Shown: positions 27,013 through 41,221 of the stretch, piece after piece | How positions within the stretch are numbered: the stretch's first letter is position 1 | Layout of the letters: each line of letters begins with the position of its first letter | From: Mizuhopecten yessoensis | Taxonomy: Eukaryota | Assembly (NCBI RefSeq): GCF_002113885.1 | Contig: NW_018480064.1 | Location: 821,619 to 885,618, forward strand | Reading direction: 5' to 3' | DNA: 64,000 nucleotides | Program-made: the position numbers and the translations under genes | The notes under the pieces: generated by a model | Database searches by the model: none | The model's input: the letters and a program-made list of their open reading frames with translations, nothing else | What the model was told of the DNA's origin: nothing

Positions 27013-29444
27013 TACCTAAGGGACTGTTACACACCAAGAATGAACATAAAAGCGTTAAAGCTGACACAAAAAAACACATGGTCAAACTTAAAATTGATCA
27101 TGTATTATCTTTCCTTGATTTAAATACCAACATAAGTTTTTGTAATGTTAATGAGATGTACACCAAGACAAATAAACCCCACATTAACTCACTGTTGGGT
27201 CAGTTAATGTTATACAGATCATATCAGATTTATTTATTTTTAACTACCGTTAATTAAATTCAGCAGGTTTTTGTACACATAGTACAGATAGGGAAAGAGA
27301 AGAGGAAATAAAAATCTAATTAACATCTTTTTATTTTCCAATCCGTTATGATATAGCGGATAACAATATGTGCCTTGGTGACCGTAGGTAGGCAGGCCAG
27401 TTGTGTGTGATGGATGGGACGAATGACATTAACTGATCAGGTCATTTCAATCACCAGTTATGATTTTGTGGTATCAAAAACGGATAAAAATGGTCAAAGG
27501 GTTTTGTTTTTAATGAATCTCATTTACAAGCAATGTTTTATTTTTTTTTAGAGATGCCAAAAAGATGATTTGATACCAGGTCGCCTCGGTGAATAACAAA
27601 GTGAAATTTCACTGGCGTAGGTCTGAAGGTAGCGTAACGGTAAGGTGATCTATTTGGGATGAGAAACGAAATAGCCAGTTATCTTTTCTATTATCAAAGA
27701 GCTAAAAATTATTTGCCCGCCACGCGATGAATTTATGTGAGCTGAGCACGCCTGGTGGTGTGGACTTGAGGAACAAACAGGCGTGCCTTACGTCCAATCA
27801 GCGTCCGAGCGTCCACACCTCCCGGCCAGGGTCACACGGCCTGGCATGGACACGACACTATTGTATCATCTTAAATAATGTCACACTTATGTCTGTCGCA
27901 GCCTCCAGGCTTAATCGGGTTAAAGCTTCACCAGCCTGGTCATTATGGCATGGCGATTATAAATCGGACAACAAAGCTGCCAACCAGAAGATCTTCGAAT
28001 AAAATGAAATAAAAACTGAGCCTGGTTTATGACTTGTTTGTGACAATTTACAGTCCTCTGGGCTATTTTTTCCATTGCCCTGCAATTTGAATCAATGACC
28101 ATTTAATTCTACATGGCAACAAGATCGTGACATTTTCACCCGGAATAATGGAATCAGTGGTGTGGAAAAAAACGCTTAAATCACTGCTGGACCAACACGA
28201 GTATTGAGAGAAAAATTATTTCAAATTTGTTGATGACAGGTGATGAAAAAAACTAGCCGATAGGAAATCAATCAGAGATTCCTCACATGTTTTTTTATAC
28301 AATACCGCGGCGATGGTCGCGTGCGAGACACACGTATATTGGCTCCTCCGTAACTCTCTACACATACGTACTTAGGTCGGTGGTAACGCCGCCTTAGAAA
28401 GCCGTGCGGGTGATTTTTTGATCTGACGGATAATTACCTGTCAAGTTTCAGCGAGTCCTATACCCCCAGGTGAGAATAATGCTAACAAAAAGCTGAGTTA
28501 CCAACACACCACATTCCAAGTCCCTTCTATACCCAGCAACAACTCTATCCTCAAGTCTATCTCCTAATTCCTGGTTTTAATGTAGTTATCTATAGAACAG
28601 AAATCATAACAGTGACAATAAACTCCTTTTAACAGATCGCTGACACAGTTTTTACAATGGGTTTCTTCCCAGGAGTATTACTGTGTCACAAAGAACCGGA
28701 ATTCTTAGCTATTTGTCATCGCTGTTGGTCCAATGTTTTACAAGATTTATTTATGCTCCAGCAACTGATAAATCAGATAATCATTAGTGACAAAAATAAT
28801 GAAGAAATCTGAGAGATCAAAGCTCTGTACCTAGTTACAAGTCGTCCATAACACACAATGATAACACTTTTAAATAACAGCATTGGAAATTAAACAGGGA
28901 GGGAGTGATAATTAGTACATATCATTAAATCTAAAACTGAATCAAATGTTCCAAATCATTGTGTTCTCTTAGACAGACATTTCTATAAAATCTCAAATCA
29001 AGATATAATAACATTCAGCCGATTTCCTTAACATGTTTGTCTAATTGTGAAACTTCGGAGAACATTATTTGATCAGGTGAAAAATCCAAATGAACTCAGA
29101 TTAGAAAGCAATTGAATGGCACTGATCGGTAACAGAAAGAGGTGAGAGTTTCTTTCAGTGGACTATTCCTGGTATCTCAACCACAATCTTAAAAGCACCA
29201 ACATGTCTTGATAAATTAACTCGGGGACATGTTTGTCTGATTAAATCACTTGCACACAACTCACCACAATGTATGAAAAACTTTCAATTTGTACAAAAAT
29301 ATTCCTTCCCGCTCCTTCCCTCAGGAAACTTTATCTTTTGACCACAAATTTAAAACAATTTATCATAATAGAAAATAAACATTTTTGCGCATCTTCAGTG
29401 AAGAAAGCTTTTATTTGACCACAAATCTTGATAAAAGAATTAAC

Positions 29445-29706
29445 AGATTAATTAACTTTTGTACTCTACCTTTCTCTGCTAAACTTGATACCATCAGAAA
29501 AGCAGATCATTAAACTTTGGAACTCTACTACCTTCCTCTGGTAAACTTGATACCATCAGATCATTAAACTTTGGAACTCTACTACCTTCCTCTGGTAAAC
29601 TTGATACCATAAGATCATTAAACTTTGGAACTCTACTACCTTCCTCTGGTAAACTTGATACCATCAGATCATTAAACTTTGGAACTCTACTACCTTCCTC
29701 TGGTAA
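29445..29706. repeat. 54-bp tandem repeat, ~4.8 copies
   Basis: Unit AGATCATTAAACTTTGGAACTCTACTACCTTCCTCTGGTAAACTTGATACCATC (29504 vs 29558). Confidence 0.92.
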
Positions 29707-30049
29707 TCTTTACTCCTGTCCACATTTCTTGACAAACCATTCCTAGACAAGATGGAACAGCCTCATCAACGAGTTAACAGACCTTTGAACCTTTGTACCG
29801 TATAGACCTTTCCTAGATAAAAGGTTTTGACCATGAAATAACTGTTTAGCATTGTAATGTAATATATGATCTCATTATCACTCATTCACTGGAAGTCTAC
29901 TGATCAGTGGGATCATCTTGTTTATTAAGATTCTGGTTGTTCAAATAAGATGAATTACATTGAATTCAATGCTTATTTTTGCTGTAGATATAAAACTTGA
30001 ACACTAACATATCAGCCCCCTCCCCTCCCCCAATGTACTTGACCATATA

Positions 30050-30885
30050 ATATCATATCCCCAATAATCACCTAAGAGAAGGTAATATGAACATGTTTTG
30101 TGAAATATTGGTAAGAAGTCATTACATAAGTATAATGCAACATATGCCAGTTACCACTAAATATAAACAAAATCAGACCTGCAAAACAGAAGTTATAGCC
30201 TGAAAGATCTCAGCCAATCAGAAGCCATGACAGCCATCTTGGATTATTGGTTCAAGATAATATGTTTTCATTCAGCATCACTAAACACAAAGTATGAACA
30301 AAATTGTATCAACAGAAAAAGTCATAGCCATAAATGTCTTAGGTAATTAGAAGCAATGAACAGCAGCCATCTTGGATGTTGGAATCTGGGAAATATGAGA
30401 TCATTTACATAGGATTCAGAAACATTTGCAATGAAGACAAACACTGACAAGTAAGAAAGGGCCATACATTGAAGATTTGACAGTATAACAACTATTTTCA
30501 ATATCAGTGACCTTGATTGGCAACCATCTTGGATTTCAGAATGCTGGTAAATATGATGCTATTCATGTACAACACCCATCAAGTACTATTTACCACCAAA
30601 ATGAACACTGGTGGGTAAGAAAGGGACATTACAATGTATGTTTGACAATATACCACCTTGTTCTATTTTTTGTTACAATAACCTTGACCTTGACCTTCGG
30701 TACTTTTTAAACTCCTCTTGCAGATCTACATATAGCAGTGAGTCATCAGGTAAGTTTCAGAAAATTAAGAATTTTAGGTTCTTATATAATCTGTAGAATG
30801 GATGTTTTGATGGACAACCTGACAGACACTGTGATATCAAGAAAACTACATACACACACTGAAGCTTCCTAAGTAGGGGTATGTA
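30050..30885 (-). mobile_element. Degenerate HINE-like element, reverse orientation
   Basis: Three CCATCTTGGAT subrepeats, ACCTTGACCTTGACCT, GGAC/AGAC microsatellite remnants and a GGGGTAT terminus. Confidence 0.45.
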
Positions 30886-31131
30886 TCATTTAACCTTACA
30901 CTAAATGTTCTTGATTTATAATCACCAAAGCATACATTAAAAGTCCTTTAGAACAAATCAAAAATTCATATGCTAAAAATATTTAGAAAAGGCTTGTATG
31001 AATGTATAGACCACCGAACCATTCACACACAAAAATCAGCAGAAATCACCAAGCCATTGAACAAGGTCCGTAACATAAATCACCGAAAGGTACATGAAAG
31101 TTCTTAGAAAGAGGTCACCCCACCATCCAAT

Positions 31132-31198
31132 GAAGTTCTTTATTAGAAGTCACTTAACAAGTTCTTTATTAGAAGTCACTTAACAAGTTCTTTATTAG
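31132..31198. repeat. 26-bp tandem repeat AAGTTCTTTATTAGAAGTCACTTAAC, ~2.6 copies
   Basis: Read directly; abuts the 32-bp array. Confidence 0.85.
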
Positions 31199-31202
31199 AG
31201 AA

Positions 31203-34200
31203 TGATAATGTTTCTCCTGGGAACACAATCACAAGGATTATGTTTCTGCTGGGAACACAATCACAAGGATTATGTTTCTCCTGGGAACACAATCACAAGG
31301 ATTATATTTCTACTGGGAACACAATCACAAGGATTATGTTTCTGCTGGGAACACAATCACAAGGATTATGTTACCCCTGGGAACACATTCATAAGGATTA
31401 TATTACCCCTGGGGACACATTCACAGGGATTATGTTTCTCCTGGGAACACAATCACAGGGATTATGTTTCTTCTGGGAACACAATCACAAGGATAATGTT
31501 TCTACTGGGAACACAATCACAAGGATGATGTTACCCCCGGGAACACAATCACAGGGATTATGTTTCTCCTGGGAACACAATCACAAGGATTATATTTCTC
31601 CTGGGAACACAATCACAAGGATTATTTTTCTCCTGGGAACACAATCACTAGAATTATGTTTCTCCTCGGAACACAATCACAAGGATAATGTTTCTACTGG
31701 GAACACAATCACAAGGATGATGTTACCCCCGGGAACACAATCACTAGAATTATGTTTCTCCTCGGAACACAATCACAAGGATTATATTTCTCCTGGGAAC
31801 ACAATCACAAGGATTATTTTTCTCCTGGGAACACAATCACAGGGATTATGTTTCTCCTGGGAACACATTCACAAGGATTATATGTCTCCTGGGAACACAT
31901 TCACAAGGATTATTTTTCTCCTGAGAACACAATCACAAGGATTATGTTTCTCCTGGGAACACAATCACAAGGATTATATTTCTGCTGGGAACACATTCAC
32001 AAGGATTATTTTTCTCCTGGGAACACAATCACAAGGCTGATGTTACCCCCGGGAACACAACCACTAGAATTATGTTTCTCCTCGGAACACAATCACAAGG
32101 ATTATTTTTCTCCTAGGAACACAATCACAAGGAATCACAAGGATGATGTTTCTACTGGGAACACAACCACAAGGATGATGTTACCCCCGGGCACACAATC
32201 ACTAGAATTATGTTTCTCCTAGGAACACAATCACAAGGAATCACAAGGATGATGTTTCTCCTGGGAACACAATTACAAGGATTATTTTTCTCCTGGGTAC
32301 ACAATCACAAGGATTATGTTTCTTCTGGGAACACAATCACAAGGAAGATGGTACCCCCGGGAACACAATCACAAGAATTATGTTTCTCCTCGGAACACAA
32401 TCACAAGGATTAATTTTCTCCTGGGAACACAATCCCAAGGATTATGTTTCTACTGGAAACACAATCACAAGGATTATGTCTCTCCTGGGAACACAATCAC
32501 AGGGAGGATGTTACCCCCGGGAACACATTCACTAGAATTATGTTTCTCCTAGGAACACAATCACAAGGAATCACAAGGATGATGTTTCTACTGGGAACAC
32601 AACCACAAGGATGATGTTACCCCCGGGCACACAATCACTAGAATTATGTTTCTCCTAGGAACACAATCACAAGGATGATATTACCCCCGGGAACACAATC
32701 ATTAGAATTATGTTTCTCCTGGGAACAATTATGTTTCTCCTGGGAACAATTATGTTTCTCCTGGGAACACAATCAGAAGGATTATGTTTCTCCTGGGCAC
32801 ACAATCACAAGGATTATGTCTCTCCTGGGAACACAATCACAGGGAGGATGTTACCCCCGGGAACACAATTACTAGAATTATGTTTCTCCTCGGAACACAA
32901 TCACAAGGATTAATTTTCTCCTGGGAACACAATCAGAAGGATTATATGTCTCCTGGGCACACAATCACAAGGATTATGTGTCTACTGGGAACACAATCAC
33001 AAGAATGATGTTACCACCGGGAAGACAATCACTAGAATTATGTTTCTCCTGGGAACACAATCAGAAGGATTATGTTTCTCCTGGGCACACAATCACAAGG
33101 ATTATGTTACCCCCGGGAACACAATCGCTAGAATTATGTTTCTCCTCGGAACACAATCACAAGGATTATTTTTCTCCTAGGAACACAATCACAAGGAATC
33201 ACAAGGATGATGTTTCTACTGGGAACACAATAACAAGGATGATGTTACTCCCGGGAACACAATCACTAGACTTATGTTTCTCCTCGGAACACAATCACAA
33301 GGATTAATTTTCTCCTGGGAACACAATCCCAAGGATTATGTTTCTCCTGGGACCACAATCCCAAGGATTATGTTTCTACTGGAAACACAATCACAAGGAT
33401 TATACGTCTCCTGGGAACACAATCACATTATGTTTCTCCTGGGAACACAATCACTAGAATTATGTTTCTCCTAGGAACACAATCACAAGGAATCACAAGG
33501 ATGATGTTTCTCCTGGGAACACAATTACAAGGATTATTTTTCTCCTGGGAACACAATCCCAAGGATTATGTTTCTACTGGAAACACAATCACAAGGATTA
33601 TACGTCTCCTGGGAACACAATCACAAGGGTGATGTTACTCCCGGGAACACAATCACTAGAACTATGTTTCTCCTCGGAACACAATCACAAGGATTAATTT
33701 TCTCCTGGGAACACAATCCCAAGGATTATGTTTCTACTGGAAACACAATCACAAGGATTATACGTCTCCTGGGAACACAATCACAGGGAGGATGTTACCC
33801 CCGGGAACACATTCACTAGAATTATGTTTCTCCTCGGAACACAATCACAAGGATTAATTTTCTCCTGGGAACACAATCAGAAGGATTATGTTTCTCCTGG
33901 GAACCCAATCACAAGGATGATGTTTCTACTGGGAACACAACCACAAGGATGATGTTACCCCCGAGAACACAATCACTAGAATTATGTTTCTCCTCGGAAC
34001 ACAATCACAAGGATTAATTTTCTCCTGGGAACACAATCCCAAGGATTATGTTTCTACTGGGGACACAATCACAAGGATGATGTTTCTCCTGGGAACACAA
34101 TTACAAGGATTATTTTTCTCCTGAGAACACAATCACAACGATTATGTTTCTCCTGGGAACCCAATCACAAGGATGATGTTTCTACTGGGAACACAATAAC

Positions 34201-35550
34201 AAGGATGATGTTACTCCCGGGAACACAATCACAAGAATTATGTTTCTCCTCGGAACACAATCACAAGGATTATGCTACCCCTGGGAACACAATCACAGGG
34301 ATTATGTTTCTCCTGGGAACACAATCACAAGGATTATGTTTCTCATGTGAACACAATCACAAGGATTATGTTTCTACTGGGAACACAATCACAAGGATTA
34401 TTTTTCTCCTAGGAACACAATCACAAGGATTATGCTACTCCTGGGAACACAATCACAGGGATTATGTTTCTCCTGGGAACACAATCACAAGGATAATGTT
34501 TCTACTGGGAACACAATCACAAAGATTATGTTACCCCCGGGAACACAATCACTAGGATTATGTTTCTCCTGGGAACACATTCACAAGGATTATATGTCTC
34601 CTGGGAACACAATCACAAGGATATATTTTTCCTGGGAACAAAATCACAAGGATTATGTTTTTCCTGGGAACACATTCACAAGGATTATGCTTCTCCTGGG
34701 AACACAATCACAGGGATTATGTTTTTCCTGGGAACACATTCACAAGGATTATATTTCTCCTGGGAACACAATCACGAGGATTATGTTTCTCCTGGGAACA
34801 CACTCACAAGGATTATGTTTCTCCTGGGAACACATATAATCCTTGTGAATGTGTTCCCAGGAAAAACATAATCCCTGTGATTGTGTTCCCGGGGGTAACA
34901 TAATCTTTGGGATTGTGTTCCCAGTAGAAACATTATCCTTGTGATTGTGTTCCCAGGAGACATATAATCCTTGTGATTGTGTTCCCAGAAAAACATAATC
35001 CTTTGGATTGTGTTTCCAGGAGAAACATAATCCTTGTGATTGTGTTCACATGAGAAACATAATCCTTGTGATTGTGTTCACATGAGAAACATAATCCTTG
35101 TGATTGTGTTCCCAGGAGACATATAATCCTTGTAATGTGTTCCCAGGAGAAACATAATCCTAGTGATTATGTTACCCCCGGGAACACAATCACTAGGATT
35201 ATGTCTCTCCTCGGAACACATTCACAAGGATATATTATGTTTCTCCTGGGAACACAATCACAAGGAGTATGTTTCTCCTGGGAACACAATCACAGGGATT
35301 ATGTTTCTCCTGGGAACACAATCACTAGGATTATGTTTCTCCTCGGAACACATTCACAAGGATATGTTTCTGCTGGGAACACATTCACAAGGATTATGTT
35401 TCTGCTGGGAATACATTCACAAGGATTATGTTTCTCCAGGGAACAAAATCACAAGGATATGTTTCTCCTGGGAACACAATCACAAGGATTATATGTCTCC
35501 TGGGAACACAATCACAAGGATTATGTTTCTCCTGGGAACACAATCACAAG
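31203..35550. repeat. Minisatellite, 32-bp unit GGATTATGTTTCTCCTGGGAACACAATCACAA (~135 copies) with an inverted block
   Basis: Period 32 bp (3 units give the 32-aa ORF period MFLLGTQSQG...). The orientation is reversed at ~34832-35168. Confidence 0.97.
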
Positions 35551-35587
35551 CATTGCATTTCTTGAGTTTTGAGTTGTTGTTTTTTAA

Positions 35588-35713
35588 CTCATTCACCCCT
35601 GAAATTTCATAATGAACTATTCTAACCTTTGAATTGGAAGAGCTCAATTTCATAATAAACTATTTCAACCTTTGAATTGGAAGAGCTCACATGTGTCTTC
35701 AGGGGTGAATGAG
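35588..35713. mobile_element. TTAA-flanked MITE (piggyBac-like)
   Basis: TTAA|CTCATTCACCCCTGAA...TTCAGGGGTGAATGAG|TTAA, with 16-bp TIRs and a ~43-bp internal duplication. Confidence 0.8.
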
Positions 35714-36524
35714 TTAATAAATTCACAAGCATTTTAATAAAATACTTCACAGAACAATTGCAATAAGATTTATATTTCACGGATACTGTATCAATCTATC
35801 TTGTTTATAGAAAGGAGGTACATTTCAGGGATCAAGGCAATGGGTTATTTTTTGGCGTGGAAGGTGAAAAGGTTATGAACACAAAGAATGACAGTATTGC
35901 TTCACCACCAACAGCTGACCAAATAGAACCAAGTTTTACTCCATTATCATGTCCTTATTGAAGAATTCCACTTTTAATCAAATGACATGTATCCTAGATA
36001 ACAAATAATGACCAAACGTAAGAAGCACCTAACTCTGTACCGCGTCATACTTGATTCATTCAAGAGGCTTTTTGAAATTGAAAAGCACTTAAATTCTGCA
36101 ACAATGTACTCTCTCCATGTGCTGTGTGACCACTGTAAATTGACCTTTGTTCCAAACATCCAGAAAACTTGGACAATGAGACTCAATTTCATAACTTGCT
36201 CAGTGACATGGAATACCATGTTGATTAATTTTTTGTTGATCCTTTCAAAGTATTTTATCTCCTCAAGTGTGCGAAACTGGATATTTTTCTCATCTCACTC
36301 AGTAGATCGTGACAAGAGAAATCAAACAGATATCTCAAGTTCATTTCAAGCTCTTCTTCGAGTAAACTGTTTATAATTTCTATTACATGGCTGTCATGTA
36401 ACTGGTTCCATTGTGCCCTGAAGGGTCCACCACCCTTCTATTATCAATGGGGCAGAAAACTCTTCACCTCACGGACAAAAAAGGTCAACTGATCAGCTGC
36501 TACAGTGACAGCAGTCACGCTGAA

Positions 36525-37020
36525 TTCTGTTTTGACCAAGCAAGCTTTAACAAGCATCCCCTTTATACCTATAATCTTTGAGAATACTTTTCCGATATTT
36601 TTTTTCATTTGAACTTTCATAATGAGAATCACCGACTCCATCAAAATCCTTCAATTCCTGCCAAAGAGTTCAGACACACTTTTGACCAAGCAACTTTTGT
36701 AGTAATTTTTCAGAGTTATTTAACTTCCAATTTGGACTCTGTTATTGAGAAACATTAGCTTCACCCCAAGTTTTTTGACCGTGCCAGAAGTATAGAGAAC
36801 ACAGTTTTGACCAGGCAAATTTTAGCAAGCAAACATAAACTATCTTCAAGACTAGATTTCTTTCAATTAGGACCATATAAATAATTAAAAAAAAATCATC
36901 AAAAGTTTTCAAATTCATACTGAAAGGTCTAAATCAGTCTGGACCAGGCAGGTCTCAGCAACCCTACAACTGATGATTTTTTTTTTTAATTTGGGCCATA
37001 TAAATGAGCATGATTAGCTC
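36525..37020. repeat. Old degenerate ~130-150-bp tandem repeat
   Basis: TTTTGACCA(A/G)GCAA recurs at ~36531, 36680, 36806 and, degenerately, 36940. Confidence 0.5.
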
Positions 37021-38706
37021 CATTAAATGTAATTTTTGAGTTACTGGTTTGATGTGTGGTACAATTCCAGCCATGCTGTAAGACCATTGGTTGATTAAGA
37101 AATGGTACCAGACCCTTAATGCTGTGGCTGAATCCAATTTGATGGCTTTAATGACCGGACTGTGTATCTGGAATCATTAATGACCTAACTCATTAGGCTG
37201 GCCACACATGTCCTCTAGATCACATCTAGGTCACTTTCCCAGGCATTGTCACAGATCGCAACCAACAAAAACTATCCCATGGTCTATGGGGTAACCCTTA
37301 ATGACCCTAATGATGTAAAAAAGGTTTGCGGACAACTAGAGGCCAGCTCCGGTTAGAGCAACTAAGATTAAGAGTGCCACCATTACTGACAGAATTAACA
37401 TTTTGTGTGCTCTCGGTCAAATCATTTTCCAGCCGTTACGTACACAAGGTGTTGAAAGCTCTTGGATGTAATCTGCCAACAGTGGACCACCATCGTGAGG
37501 TGCCGGAGAGCTTATGACAATGGTATTGTCATGCCGGTCCATGGTGTATTGTTATCTAAACTCTTACCGAGAAGTTAAGTGATACGCAAATAAAAGTCCG
37601 GTAACTTATACACTTTTGGTCTTTTGATAATTTTGAATTTAATTCAAGATAGAATTCAAAATCATCTCACACAAAACTGACAAATTGAAACAGTGATAAA
37701 AGTGTAACAAGCCACAAAGTAATGTGTTCATGTCAAATACATGTGAATAATATCTCAGCAAAATATGCAGAGGTTTAAAAAAAGCACTCAATGAAAAAGT
37801 GAAAATTTAAGTCATGGTTTAAAATCATATAAAAAAAAACATTCTGAAGGAAAATAATGATAATCCTGTTTCACATTAAACCTTTTATAAGTACATGTAT
37901 ACATATTTGGTTTTACAAAATAAAAATAAATGATCATAAGCAACAAAAAGAATCAAAAACAGGAAGAAAAAGATTAAAATCATTTTGCAGCACTGAAACC
38001 AATAAAAAGCAAAACAAATTGACAAGTTTACTACAGCGTTACCACACAATAAATAAAACACGTAAGCTGAGCCCTCTCCCCTCGGGCTGCCCATCTCGTC
38101 ACGTGAGGGACGAATGATTATACGATGGTCATTGACTCTATAACCTAATGCCGAGGGATAGCCTCATTTTTTAATTAAACAAAGGACAACAGCAGCCAAC
38201 TCAAAGTTTCATGACATGATGGAGACTTTAGGAAATCTTTGTGGGGACAAAAGTCTACATTGACATGTATTTATTAATTATTTTACATTTTACGTCCAAT
38301 AACTTGAGCAATATTTTTGTGCATATTATTTCCTCTAATTGCAAAACTTTCTCTTTTTTCTTTTATATATATACATTTTTATTTTTTTTAGTTATTTGTT
38401 TTCTAGGTTGATATCTAATAGAACTATGTCCATGCTTGCTGAGACATCCACCACGTATTCAATAGTCTAAATAATGAGGGACATCACATATCAACAAACC
38501 AAGCTATGACTGTGTCCTGTCCAGTTAACAGCATAGAAACTAATCTATAAACATCGTTACAGGGAGAGACAACTAGAAAAAATAAAGGAAATCATTGAAT
38601 TGAATTGATTTTTTTTTATTTCTTTATTTTGAATTAAACTAGGTCATTGAAGTGATGAATTTCAGATAAACCATAGTATATATGTATTACTAATCATCTA
38701 TATCAA

Positions 38707-38789
38707 CTTTTTCACTCCTGAAGACACATTTGAACTCCTCCAATTCAAAGGTTGGAATAGTTCATAATAAAATTTCAGGGGTGAATGAG
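38707..38789. mobile_element. Second, inverted copy of the same MITE
   Basis: tcaa|CTTTTTCACTCCTGAAGACAC...TTCAGGGGTGAATGAG|TTAA; the internal sequence matches the reverse complement of 35588-35713 without the duplication. Confidence 0.75.
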
Positions 38790-41221
38790 TTAAGCATCCT
38801 CACCCTATTATTTTCTGTTTTTTTGTCTACATGTAAAATATTTTTTATCTACCCTCACTCGGCTATCATCATAAATTTAACACTAACATAGATGTATTGG
38901 AGATGAAACATCTGATGTGTCTGATTGTATTACGATACATACATATCTATATTTGTAATTTCAAAATTACCTTGCTTCCTGATTCAGATAATTTACCAGT
39001 TAGTTCAGTATGGCATGACACTACTGTTGTTTAAGTAGGTTGAATGCAGTATATTTGATATTTCTTGGAATGTTATGAATGTGATAATATGTAAGGTAGT
39101 TAGCATGTGGGGTCTAAAATTAGGATTTTAACGGAAGTTTCAATGTAGATTTGAATGTGAAGTCATTTAGGTCAAAACACATACTAGCAATGGTATGTAT
39201 ATTTTGGCAGTTATGACTAACTACGTACTCGTCAATGCATAGAAAACCTCAAATATGTATTAAAAAACGAGGCAATCTTTTGTCAGTGAACCTGGATGAT
39301 TTAACAAATTTAGATGTTTAAGCAATATGAAATTTGTGTTCTAATTTTACTTATTGTTTCCAATCAAAGGATTCAAACCCATTTTATGTCAAGTTCTTTG
39401 CTTGGAGTACTACAAATCAGATTTGGTAATCCAAATAGATACCTTTTAGAAGTATATCTGATCGATTTACTGTATTTCAGAGATTAAAAGGTGTGTACCT
39501 TACAAAATTTAACAAATAAACAAAATTAATAAATTAAAATAAATACACATGCAGAACTAAATTGCAAAATAAAACAGCTAGAAAGTAAACCAACAAAACA
39601 AGAATGGACAACACCGACTCAAATCTTTGATATCAGAAAACTGTTAATGTGGAGAAGACAAGTATTAGAAGAGTATAAAATCAGATTTGAATTATATGTA
39701 TAGCAATTTAGCCTCCACATGCTCAAGAGTTCTGCTGTCAAAGCATTTGTAATTTTATCAAGATGATTTCATGCCCACAATCCAATGACAGTTAATAAAC
39801 AGATACCATCCAACTGAAAATCAACAATGGCCAGAGATGGAAGTGTACTAGACGGAAGATGCACAGAGACTCTTTACTTGACCACTGGCTAAGGACATAA
39901 TGACTACAACTGACCACCCCGGTCACTTATATTTCTTGTCTAAGGGCATGTTGGCAGAACCTTTGCAAAATTACTGGAGCATGATGAATAACCTAACATT
40001 CCATATACCCATCCCTACTAAAGAAGGTACTGGGGAAATAAAGACCAAGACGGTCCCTATTGTGAGCTACCTCTTGACCTTGAGGGCTATAGATGAGGTA
40101 GTGACCTTGATTGCTAGATGTGTATGGTAATGTGGCACAGTAGGGATTATTGGTGTTATGGGGAGGGGGTTGGTCGTAGTGCGACCGTGAACGTCGGCAG
40201 CCAGGGAGGCATCTGTTCCCAGGATGTGACTGACACTTCTACAATTCGCCTGGTGTATTACGTTTATGGTGCAAGCATCGTGACCATATGTCATGCCCTA
40301 AGTCCCTGTATCATGCTACGGGTATGTAAAGTCTAGGATACGCAATTAAACAATGGTTCATCTCCTTCTGGGTCTATCAGAAACACACTTCCCGTCACAT
40401 TGTAGCCTATATTGAACTATGATAACTTTTATATGACTTTTTAAAGGCCTTTCTTGTTCATTATCATAATTTTAATTGCATTAATTATGATTACTGTTGC
40501 CTTATTCTGATTTCATCCAAATCTGTTTGTCTCAAATCTCCATCTATTCTTCATTTATTCCCCGGAAGGTCGCTGCTCCCTAAGTTACAGAGTCACCCTA
40601 TGCATAAATTAGCCCAAAAAAATGTGAACTGTCCCATATCAGGATCATGACCGTCAGGTCCCTGCTAAGCCCAAGGGAGCTATCAATAAAAATCATTTGA
40701 CATTCACAATAATTCTGCAATTCAAAACGGGTAGTAATGATTAGTAAAGCTTAAAAAATGATAACTTAAAGGATCAAAGCTTTGTTTTTAATTTTGATTA
40801 AATGGCAAGCTTAGATAAATACAATAGGGTCTGCTTAAGCCTTATATGACTGACTTATGAACCAGGATTAAATGAACAATGATATAAAATAAATTATCAC
40901 TTCATATTTGCCGTCTCTGTGATCAATCAAGGATAACATTTGCTTTCTGTAATTTATTAGCGGGTATCGGCCAAATCCAGGTCCGACTAGCTCCAATCTT
41001 GTTTAAATCAACTTTCTTTTTGAAATGACACAGAAGAATAGATGGAGCATTGGAAGTAATTGATCACTTTTTCATTGACTAACTACGTAAGCATTGTGTT
41101 TAAACATATGGTCTAACCAAATACACCAACACTGCCATTATAAAGACAAGTTCTTATTTGTAAAAAGATGCAATGATTTATTTAGATGAATATGTGTCTA
41201 CCTTGAGGGGTTTAAATGGCA

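Noticed and set aside
31202-35612. Many long ORFs (MFLLGTQSQG...)
   Set aside because: Translations of a 32-bp tandem unit in all three frames, with frequent stops and frameshifts; no exon signals.
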